Notes under the pieces: generated by a model | Told to the model about the DNA's origin: nothing | The model's database searches: none | What the model saw: the letters and a program-made list of their open reading frames with translations, nothing else | Part shown: piece by piece, positions 52,550-64,000 of the stretch | Numbering within the stretch: position 1 is the stretch's first letter | How the letters are laid out: each line of letters starts with the position of its first letter | Made by a program: the position numbers and the translations under genes | Origin: Chrysomallon squamiferum | Taxonomy: Eukaryota > Animalia > Mollusca | Direction: 5' to 3' | DNA length: 64,000 nucleotides | NCBI GenBank assembly: GCA_012295275.1 | Contig: CM022665.1 | Location: 372,001-436,000, forward strand

Positions 52550-53419
52550 CATGACTTAGGCGCAAACATTATTTATTTATTTATTTATATTTTCTTTTTT
52601 TCTTTTTCTTAAATACAGAAAAAGATGAACTTATTCTCTTATTTACATTAGTAACATTTCTAAACTGACTTTTGATTGAAAACTTCATTTCATTTAAATT
52701 TTCTAAGTTAGAGATTGGTACCGCGTAGACTCATTATTTTTTTTATTGTTTTCTTTTTTGCTTTTACTTATTTAACAAAGAATTAATAATAATAAGTTAT
52801 TAAATTTCCACTCTCCTTAACCTTTTTTAAATTGACTAAAGTTTAAATTTAAAAGTATAACCGAGAGGATCAAGTGATAACTATTTTCTGTTACACTTTT
52901 TGTACATCAGATTGCTAGATAATAAGTCTAGTATAGCTTTTTTAAAAGTTTTTTTTTTCTTGTTACTGAGGTTCCTTTTTCTTTTCTTCTTCTTCCTTTT
53001 TTATTTTTCCTTTTTTTTTATTTTAGAAGATTAGAATACAGTTTTGTAAATAGATATTTTAAATCATATACCTTAAAGTTCTTGGTAATTTTTTTTGGTG
53101 ATTTCAGATCGTTTATAGGTATGTAAATTTGTATAGTTAGTACCAAATTAAAATCGTTATATATCATATATTATTTTATTGAATTGTTCAGTACAGTCTA
53201 AAATATGTTTAAAAAACAACAACAACAACTTTGTATTGTTTTAATTAGAACCATATATATTCACAAGATATTCTTTCCTTATTATATGTATTGCAGTTTT
53301 AACTTGTTTTAAAAACATCGGTTAATTATTCTTAATTTCGACATTTTCCCCAACGAAAGAAATTTTAAAAGGAAGACGAACAACATAAAATAAACACGTT
53401 TCTTGACCAAATATTAAAA

Positions 53420-53450
<31 letters not shown>

Positions 53451-56400
53451 AATACTGTTAATAATAATGCTAATAATGCTAAGTCTAGTATAGCTTTTTT
53501 TTTAAAGTTTTTATTGTTACTGAGTTTCCTTTTCCTTTTCTTCTTCTTCCTTTTTTATTTTTTTATTTTTTTATTTTTTATTTTGTTTTCATTTTAGATG
53601 ATTAGAATTCACTTTTCTAAATAGATTCTAACTTAATAAACAATGTGAATTTATGATTACACATTGTTTACCCCTGGCTGTGGACCAAGCTACAAACAAC
53701 CTAAAGTGAAACTGTGCAAAAATCATACTGGAAATCATAACTCACCAACAAAGAACACGCAATTTGACTTTATTTAGCTCGGTGATATATATTTTAATAT
53801 TATCAGCTATTTTGATGTTAATAACTTATCTGATGTACCATGATATAAATAAATAAATAAATAAATACATTTCCAGTAGTATTTTCGTCCGTACAAGTTT
53901 CAGTTTCACAAAAGATCGAAACAACACGGAATATTTTATAACTTTAGCAACAGAAAGCTAGTAACTTTAAATATTTGTTTTACCACTTATTTTATACACT
54001 CATAACTATTATTAAAAACGATACTGAAGAAGTGTGGAGACACAAAATTGTCGACATTTGTTACTTTTACGTTGTCGCTCGTAATAAATGTAAAAGAAGG
54101 TTGTTTTATGTATTATCTGAAGATAGAAGAACTATTTAAAAGCTAATTACTATTTCAAAAATAGCCGAGAGAAATTTCGTTATTATCTTCGATAATTTGC
54201 ACAACGTAAACAAGGAAGTAATATTCAAATCCCTTTCATACATTTTTTTTTTTATTAACTTAACTAATCGAATTATTTCTGTAAAGAACGACTCAAACAC
54301 ATCGATATATTAAAATAGACAAGAAAACGTTTCCGGCTCGTCACTATATTGTAACGATCACGTGACTCAAGTAACGTTGAAAAAAAAGGGTTAGAAATAA
54401 ACTGGGCGACTTTCCGCTGAACCGCTAATCAGACAAATATCATAATACAGGCAACATACATTATGTTATTTATTTATTTATTTATTAAACTATTGATTTA
54501 TCTATAGTTTGCTGAATAGACAAATATAAATATTTTATTATTTTCATTTACAGTATACTCATTTGCCGTGTATAAAATAAAATAATATTAAAATATATTA
54601 CTTTAATTATAAAAAAACATACACTAATCTTTATTTTTATTACAGCTATTGCAGTTTGTTTTGTTTGAATATTCAGTTTCGAATCTTTGGAATTTCCTGT
54701 ACATTGTCCATAAAACCAATTCTGACAGGAATACAACTGATCACAATAACAAGAAGAGATTATGTATGCTATTCTGAATATACAGAGCCTACCTGCAAAA
54801 TTGTAAACTGTTTATATTGTGTCTAACAGCAGCTTTTCTCACCGCCCAATAAGAAAATGTCATAATAAAAAAGACTTAAAAATGTTTATTGAAATCTGAA
54901 TACGTTTTATTCGAGCATATAGGAAAATTAAATACAAGAACTTTTGTCATGTAAATGATGTACTTAGTCGTAATTTAAATAAAATATGTGCATTTTTTGT
55001 AGAATAAAATATAATTTATTTAGAAAGATACATATAAACAAAACTAGATAAAATAATTAATTAAATAAAATTTAATTTAAAAAAAATTATCAAATGCTTT
55101 CTACACTGTTAACTTAAATCTTGTTAGGCATAATACAGGTTTCAGTTTCACAAAAGAAAAGAATAACACGGAAATATTTTATAATGTTAGTAACAAAAAG
55201 CTAAATATTTTAAATATTTGTCTTAGTACTTACTCTATACACTCCTAAGTTACCGAGAAAAATATTCAAGAAGTGGGCGACACAAACGGGTCAATATTTG
55301 TGACCTTTTCGTTGTCGCTCCTAACAAATACAAAAGAATGTCGATTTGAAGATAGTCAAATGTGTAATTTTTATTTCATATATTGGTCCTGTTATTCATC
55401 TCCTTCAACTAAATCGAATGTGCTTTTACATAAGTCTTTGTATTGAATGAAATCGCCTAGAAAAGCTTCGATATGTGCTATGAAACTTGGAAGAAAAATT
55501 AAAATTAGTCTCATTAATATCTCTTTACTGGATGATGAAAACATTAAAATGTTTATTAACTTACCTATATTCCTAATCAGATGACTTATGTAAATGACAG
55601 CTCAAACACACTAACAAACACATCGATTTTTCCCTTTGATTTTTCTCGAACGTTACCGGAAATATTTTAGTCATAAAAATAGAGGTTTCGGTTTCAGAAA
55701 AGAAAGAATGAACACGGAAATATTTCCTAATGTTATCAAAATAAAGCTGACAATTTTAAATGTTTGTCTGAACACTCACTCTATACACGATACTGAAGAA
55801 GGGTGATAATGAGATACTTCAGTATTTGCGACCTTTTGGTTTGTATTGTGTCCCATAAAAAAAAAATATACATAAAATGTACATGTCTATAAATTATAAT
55901 AAACCATTACATATATAATTCTAATAATTTAAATTTCTCGTATAAGTATGTACTATGTTCTCGAACGTTACAGGAAATATTTTCGTCATAAATATAAGTT
56001 TCGGTTTCAGAAACGAAAGAAATAACACGGAAATATTTTAAAAAGTTAGCAACATAAATCTAATAATATTAAATATTTGTTTTAGCATTTACGCTATAAA
56101 CAAATGATATTCAAAAAGTCTAGGGACAGAAACGGGTCAACATTTATGACCTTCTGGTGCCGTTTGTAACAAATTATCTGAATATAATAATATATGTTAA
56201 AACCTAATTATTATTTCAAACAGAGGTCATGTTATTAAACTATTAACTAAATCCAAGGTCTACGTGCCTATTACCTTTAAAACACATGTTTTACGTCACT
56301 CGTTGAATCGAATAAAATCGACGAGAAAATGTTCGTTATTAGCTGTGAAAATTTACACAAAGTAAACAAGGAAGTAAAGTTAAAATCAGTTTCAAACATT

Positions 56401-57907
56401 TCAAAAAAACATAAATCTATCTACCGAAATAAATATATATTTACAGGTATAGATTACTAGATACAGAAAACTGTTGTTAAAATTTTTATAAACTTGCTTA
56501 AATTCCTAGTAACATTGTTTCTGTAAAGAACAGCTCAAACTCTTCGATATATTAAAACATACACAACACAATGTATACGGGTTTTCTCGACCTCGTAACG
56601 ATCACGTTCTCGAATTACGTGTACAAAAGTGATATAAATAAACTTGTTAACATTCCAGAAATCTACCTGCTATTGAGAATAATCACTTAACTTACTAGGT
56701 ACTTAAACCGTTATTAAATTTGTGATAAACTTACCTAAATTCCGAATCAAATGATTTCCGTAAAGAACAGCTCAGACACCTCGATTCATTAGATGGGCCG
56801 TTTCTATGTCGTAACGATCACGTGACTGAAATTACGTGTACAAAGTGATATAAATAAACTTGGCGACTTTGAACCGCTAATAAGAAAAATATCATAATCT
56901 AGGCAACAAACATAATTTAATTTAATTTAGTTTAATTTAATTTAATTTAACTTAACTTATTTATTTATTTATTTATTTACCTGAGTACATTATATTTTAT
57001 TCTAGTAAAAGTTGACGTAGGCGCAAACATTATTTATTTATTTATTTATATTTACTTCTTTTTTCTTTTTCTTAAATACAGAGAAAGATGAACTTACGCT
57101 CTTATTTACATTAGCAACATTTCTGAACCGATTTTTGATAGAAAACTTGATTTCATCTTTCGGGGTTGCAAATCTAAGTCTTCTAAGTTGTAGACTGGCA
57201 CCGCGTACAAACTCGTTATTTTTATTTTATTGTTGTTGTTTTTTTTCCTTTTACTTATTTAACAAAGAATTAATAATAATAAGGTATTAAATTTCCACTC
57301 TACTTTATCTTTTTTAAATTGACTAAAGTTTAAATTTAAAAGTATAACCGAGAGGATCAAGTGATAACTATTTTCTGTTACACTTTTTGTACATCAGATT
57401 GCTAGATAATAAGTCTAGTATAGCTTTTTTAAAAGTTTTTTTTTTCTTGTTACTGAGGTTCCTTTTTCTTTTCTTCTTCTTCCTTTTTTATTTTTCCTTT
57501 TTTTTTATTTTAGAAGATTAGAATACAGTTTTGTAAATAGATATTTTAAATCATATACCTTAAAGTTCTTGGTAATTTTTTTTGGTGATTTCAGATCGTT
57601 TATAGGTATGTAAATTTGTATAGTTAGTACCAAATTAAAATCGTTATATATCATATATTATTTTATTGAATTGTTCAGTACAGTCTAAAATATGTTTAAA
57701 AAAACAACAACAACAACTTTGTATTGTTTTAATTAGAACCATATATATTCACAAGATATTCTTTCCTTATTATATGTATTGCAGTTTTAACTTGTTTTAA
57801 AAACATCGGTTAATTATTCTTAATTTCGACATTTTCCCCAACGAAAGAAATTTTAAAAGGAAGACGAACAACATAAAATAAACACGTTTCTTGACCAAAT
57901 ATTAAAA

Positions 57908-57938
<31 letters not shown>

Positions 57939-60900
57939 AATACTGTTAATAATAATGCTAATAATGCTAAGTCTAGTATAGCTTTTTTTTTAAAGTTTTT
58001 ATTGTTACTGAGTTTCCTTTTCCTTTTCTTCTTCTTCCTTTTTTATTTTTTTATTTTTTTATTTTTTATTTTGTTTTCATTTTAGATGATTAGAATTCAC
58101 TTTTCTAAATAGATTCTAACTTAATAAACAATGTGAATTTATGATTACACATTGTTTACCCCTGGGCTGTGGACCAAGCTACAAACAACCTAAAGTGAAA
58201 CTGTGCAAAAATCATACTGGAAATCATAACTCACCAACAAAGAACACGCAATTTGACTTTATTTAGCTCGGTGATATATATTTTAATATTATCAGCTATT
58301 TTGATGTTAATAACTTATCTGATGTACCATGATATAAATAAATAAATAAATAAATACATTTCCAGTAGTATTTTCGTCCGTACAAGTTTCAGTTTCACAA
58401 AAGATCGAAACAACACGGAATATTTTATAACTTTAGCAACAGAAAGCTAGTAACTTTAAATATTTGTTTTACCACTTATTTTATACACTCATAACTATTA
58501 TTAAAAACGATACTGAAGAAGTGTGGAGACACAAAATTGTCGACATTTGTTACTTTTACGTTGTCGCTCGTAATAAATGTAAAAGAAGGTTGTTTTATGT
58601 ATTATCTGAAGATAGAAGAACTATTTAAAAGCTAATTACTATTTCAAAAATAGCCGAGAGAAATTTCGTTATTATCTTCGATAATTTGCACAACGTAAAC
58701 AAGGAAGTAATATTCAAATCCCTTTCATACATTTTTTTTTTTATTAACTTAACTAATCGAATTATTTCTGTAAAGAACGACTCAAACACATCGATATATT
58801 AAAAATAGACAAGAAAACGTTTCCGGCTCGTCACTATATTGTAACGATCACGTGACTCAAGTAACGTTGAAAAAAAAGGGTTAGAAATAAACTGGGCGAC
58901 TTTCCGCTGAACCGCTAATCAGACAAATATCATAATACAGGCAACATACATTATGTTATTTATTTATTTATTTATTAAACTATTGATTTATCTATAGTTT
59001 GCTGAATAGACAAATATAAATATTTTATTATTTTCATTTACAGTATACTCATTTGCCGTGTATAAAATAAAATAATATTAAAATATATTACTTTAATTAT
59101 AAGAAACATACACTAATCTTTATTTTTATTACAGCTATTGCAGTTTGTTTTGTTTGAATATTCAGTTTCGAATCTTTGGAATTTCCTGTACATTGTCCAT
59201 AAAACCAATTCTGACAGGAATACAACTGATCACAATAACAAGAAGAGATTATGTATGCTATTCTGAATATACAGAGCCTACCTGCAAAATTGTAAACTGT
59301 TTATATTGTGTCTAACAGCAGCTTTTCTCACCGCCCAATAAGAAAATGTCATAATAAAAAGACTTAAAAAATGTTTATTGAAATCTGAATACGTTTTATT
59401 CGAGCATATAGGAAAATTAAATACAAGAACTTTTGTCATGTAAATGATGTACTTAGTCGTAATTTAAATAAAATATGTGCATTTTTTTGTAGAATAAAAT
59501 ATAATTTATTTAGAAAGATACATATAAACAAAACTAGATAAAATAATTAATTAAATAAAATTTAATTTAAAAAAATTATCAAATGCTTTCTACACTGTTA
59601 ACTTAAATCTTGTTAGGCATAATACAGGTTTCAGTTTCACAAAAGAAAAGAATAACACGGAAATATTTTATAATGTTAGTAACAAAAAGCTAAATATTTT
59701 AAATATTTGTCTTAGTACTTACTCTATACACTCCTAAGTTACCGAGAAAAATATTCAAGAAGTGGGCGACACAAACGGGTCAATATTTGTGACCTTTTCG
59801 TTGTCGCTCCTAACAAATACAAAAGAATGTCGATTTGAAGATAGTCAAATGTGTAATTTTTATTCCATATATTGGTCCTGTTATTCATCTCCTTCAACTA
59901 AATCGAATGTGCTTTTTACATAAGTCTTTGTATTGAATGAAATCGCCTAGAAAAGCTTCGATATGTGCTATGAAACTTGGAAGAAAAATTAAAATTAGTC
60001 TCATTAATATCTCTTTACTGGATGATGAAAACATTAAAATGTTTATTAACTTACCTATATTCCTAATCAGATGACTTATGTAAATGACAGCTCAAACACA
60101 CTAACAAACACATCGATTTTTCCCTTTGATTTTTCTCGAACGTTACCGGAAATATTTTAGTCATAAAAATAGAGGTTTCGGTTTCAGAAAAGAAAGAATG
60201 AACACGGAAATATTTCCTAATGTTATCAAAATAAAGCTGACAATTTTAAATGTTTGTCTGAACACTCACTCTATACACGATACTGAAGAAGGGTGATAAT
60301 GAGATACTTCAGTATTTGCGACCTTTTGGTTTGTATTGTGTCCCATAAAAAAAAAATATACATAAAATGTACATGTCTATAAATTATAATAAACCATTAC
60401 ATATATAATTCTAATAATTTAAATTTCTCGTATAAGTATGTACTATGTTCTCGAACGTTACAGGAAATATTTTCGTCATAAATATAAGTTTCGGTTTCAG
60501 AAACGAAAGAAATAACACGGAAATATTTTAAAAAGTTAGCAACATAAATCTAATAATATTAAATATTTGTTTTAGCATTTACGCTATAAACAAATGATAT
60601 TCAAAAGTCTAGGGACAGAAACGGGTCAACATTTATGACCTTCTGGTGCCGTTTGTAACAAATTATCTGAATATAATAATATATGTTAAAACCTAATTAT
60701 TATTTCAAACAGAGGTCATGTTATTAAACTATTAACTAAATCCAAGGTCTACGTGCCTATTACCTTTAAAACACATGTTTTACGTCACTCGTTGAATCGA
60801 ATAAAATCGACGAGAAAATGTTCGTTATTAGCTGTGAAAATTTACACAAAGTAAACAAGGAAGTAAAGTTAAAATCAGTTTCAAACATTTCAAAAAAACA

Positions 60901-62400
60901 TAAATCTATCTACCGAAATAAATATATATTTACAGGTATAGATTACTAGATACAGAAAACTGTTGTTAAAATTTTTATAAACTTGCTTAAATTCCTAGTA
61001 ACATTGTTTCTGTAAAGAACAGCTCAAACTCTTCGATATATTAAAACATACACAACACAATGTATACGGGTTTTCTCGACCTCGTAACGATCACGTTCTC
61101 GAATTACGTGTACAAAAGTGATATAAATAAACTTGTTAACATTCCAGAAATCTACCTGCTATTGAGAATAATCACTTAACTTACTAGGTACTTAAACCGT
61201 TATTAAATTTGTGATAAACTTACCTAAATTCCGAATCAAATGATTTCCGTAAAGAACAGCTCAGACACCTCGATTCATTAGATGGGCCGTTTCTATGTCG
61301 TTTCGATCACGTGACTCACGTGACTTAATTACGTGTACAAAGTGATATAAATAAACTTGGCGACTTTGAACCGCTAATAAGAAAAATATCATAATCTAGG
61401 CAACAAACATAATTTAATTTAATTTAGTTTAATTTAATTTAATTTAACTTAACTTATTTTATTTATTTATTTATTTACCTGAGTACATTATATTTTATTC
61501 TAGTAAAAGTTGACGTAGGCGCAAACATTATTTATTTATTTATTTATATTTACTTCTTTTTTCTTTTTCTTAAATACAGAGAAAGATGAACTTACGCTCT
61601 TATTTACATTAGCAACATTTCTGAACCGATTTTTGATAGAAAACTTGATTTCATCTTTCGGGGTTATCTAAGTCTTCTAAGTTGTAGACTGGCACCGCGT
61701 AAAACTCGTTATTTTTATTTTATTGTTGTTGTTTTTTTTCCTTTTACTTATTTAACAAAGAATTAATAATAATAAGGTATTAAATTTCCACTCTACTTTA
61801 TCTTTTTTAAATTGACTAAAGTTTAAATTTAAAAGTATAACCGAGAGGATCAAGTGATAACTATTTTCTGTTACACTTTTTGTACATCAGATTGCTAGAT
61901 AATAAGTCTAGTATAGCTTTTTTAAAAGTTTTTTTTTTCTTGTTACTGAGGTTCCTTTTTCTTTTCTTCTTCTTCCTTTTTTATTTTTCCTTTTTTTTTA
62001 TTTTAGAAGATTAGAATACAGTTTTGTAAATAGATATTTTAAATCATATACCTTAAAGTTCTTGGTAATTTTTTTTGGTGATTTCAGATCGTTTATAGGT
62101 ATGTAAATTTGTATAGTTAGTACCAAATTAAAATCGTTATATATCATATATTATTTTATTGAATTGTTCAGTACAGTCTAAAATATGTTTAAAAAAACAA
62201 CAACAACAACTTTGTATTGTTTTAATTAGAACCATATATATTCACAAGATATTCTTTCCTTATTATATGTATTGCAGTTTTAACTTGTTTTAAAAACATC
62301 GGTTAATTATTCTTAATTTCGACATTTTCCCCAACGAAAGAAATTTTAAAAGGAAGACGAACAACATAAAATAAACACGTTTCTTGACCAAGTATTAAAA
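52550..62400. repeat. Tandem duplication with period about 4.49 kb (two full copies plus a partial third)
   Basis: ccgagaggatcaagtg at 52861, 57348 and 61841; intervening sequence nearly identical apart from homopolymer lengths. Confidence 0.93.
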
Positions 62401-62476
<76 letters not shown>

Positions 62477-62714
62477 GTTAATAATAATGCTAATAATAAT
62501 AAATAAGAGAATTAAAGGAAAGTAAGAAGGTAACTAAAAAAACATTTTTAAGGTAGAAAGCAAGGAAAAAGAAAATATAATAAGAAAAACAAACAAGTAA
62601 ACATTTTGAAATAAACAAACAAACAAATACATAAAGTTATTTAGCTTGGTCGTGTAATTTATTATCTTGTCTCTCTCCCCCCCCCACACACACACACACA
62701 TACACACACACACA

Positions 62715-62746
<32 letters not shown>

Positions 62747-62884
62747 GATACATACACACACAAGTACATAATTGTATGTAATTTGAACTTGTTTTAAAAA
62801 TATCGGTTAATTATTTTTAATTGTGACATCTTCAACGAAAGAAAATTTAAAAAGAAAGACGAACAACATAAAATAAAGTATTAA

Positions 62885-62919
<35 letters not shown>

Positions 62920-63191
62920 CAACAACAACAATAGTAATAAGAACAATAAATCAGAGAAGTAAAGAAAAATAAAAGTGATTAATGCGACACATTTTTAGTG
63001 CAGAAAGGGAGTAAAAAGAAAATAAGAAAAACAACAAACAACTTAGCTTTTTGATAAAAGGGCCCGGTTTCCCATCCTCATAATCATTTGTAATTTATAA
63101 AATAAAACCATTTTAACTGTAATTGTAAGACACTTAAAATAACAAACAAACAAATACATAAAGTTAGTTAGCGTGATCATGTAATTTATTA

Positions 63192-63237
<46 letters not shown>

Positions 63238-63973
63238 TGTTCAGTAATGTATGTAAGGTATATCAAGTATCGCAGGGCGTAGCCTGAAGGGCGGGGCCCA
63301 GGAATCACTTTCTATTAAACTCCATTGATATCTCTCAGCTGATTTTATGGTAAAGTTATCTGATACGTCCTTGATAACAATAATAAAAACAACAACAATA
63401 ATAACAATAGCAACAACAATAACAATAATAACATCAACAACAACAACAATAACAATGACGATAATAATAATAACAGTAGCAACAACAATTACAATAATAA
63501 TGTTAATTTTTGTTAACAATAATAATAATAATTATGAAAATGATGATGGAAATAATAACATAGAAATATATCATTCGTAACATTAGAACACGACATTTTA
63601 ATTTTTTCAAACTATTTTATTTCTTGTTACAGTTTTCTACAATGAACAACACTAAAATAATACTTTTTGCAATGTATCATTCTTATCATAAAACCATTCA
63701 AAAATTAAATCTACCAGTGAACAAACACTTGACTGAACACCAGTAGTTATTTTTATTATTGCTTTGAATACACTGCTGTATATATTTATAACCTATTATG
63801 TTAAAGAAGACTTCTTCTGATTTGATCGATATACATTTCGATGTGTCATGTATGTTATGTACTGTGGGATCTCGCATGTATATCTGTATTAATTTCTCCT
63901 ACATTTTTTTGTTTACTGTTAAAGAGGGTACGTGGGTTAACGAATAAATACACTGCCATATAATTATGTACAT
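60445..63973 (-). repeat. Outer inverted segmental duplication, right arm (copy of the IAP-B upstream region, with no IAP coding exons directly following)
   Basis: Reverse complement of 12698-16120. Confidence 0.9.
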
Positions 63974-64000
63974 AGTAAATTTACAAGAGATTATCTTATT

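Larger units (their letters stand above)
36640..62000. repeat. Mosaic array of duplicated copies of the IAP-B upstream module (+ orientation left of the gap, - orientation right of it)
   Basis: Recurring blocks cacgtgatcgttacga...gagctgttctttacagaaataatg...ggaatttag(g)taagttt, tttctcgtcgattttattcgattc...tgacgtaa, and aatatttccgtgttatttc...gaaaccgaaac. Confidence 0.9.

Overview
AT-rich, microsatellite-dense eukaryotic DNA; an invertebrate, probably a mollusc, by inference from gene content and repeats. It holds two tandem + strand paralogs of an inhibitor-of-apoptosis (BIR-RING, BIRC-family) gene about 21.4 kb apart. Copy A (482-5471, 5' end outside the window) has one BIR and a RING; copy B (about 16.4-26.9 kb) has two BIRs and a RING. 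Both carry a very long, in-frame, acidic coding minisatellite ([L/W][14 protein letters not shown]) upstream of the BIR(s), and each copy lacks a different segment right at an edge of that array. Copy B is preceded by an array of duplicated phase-1/phase-1 cassette exons and by a regulatory module containing ISRE, GAS, HSE, E-box, CRE-like and FOX:ETS motifs plus a splice donor. That module recurs in roughly 15 or more copies across 36.6-62 kb, arranged as an inner palindrome with arms of about 5.6 kb (spacer contains an assembly gap), a 4.49 kb tandem duplication, and an outer inverted copy of the copy-B upstream region. An orphan IAP linker exon lies in both inner arms. Also present: a degenerate LINE behind both IAP stop codons, decayed collagen-like exons, a MULE transposase pseudogene and a telomere-like 60 bp minisatellite. 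Gene models were built by hand from splice signals, phase and motifs. No transcript or database evidence was available, and some duplications may be assembly artefacts.
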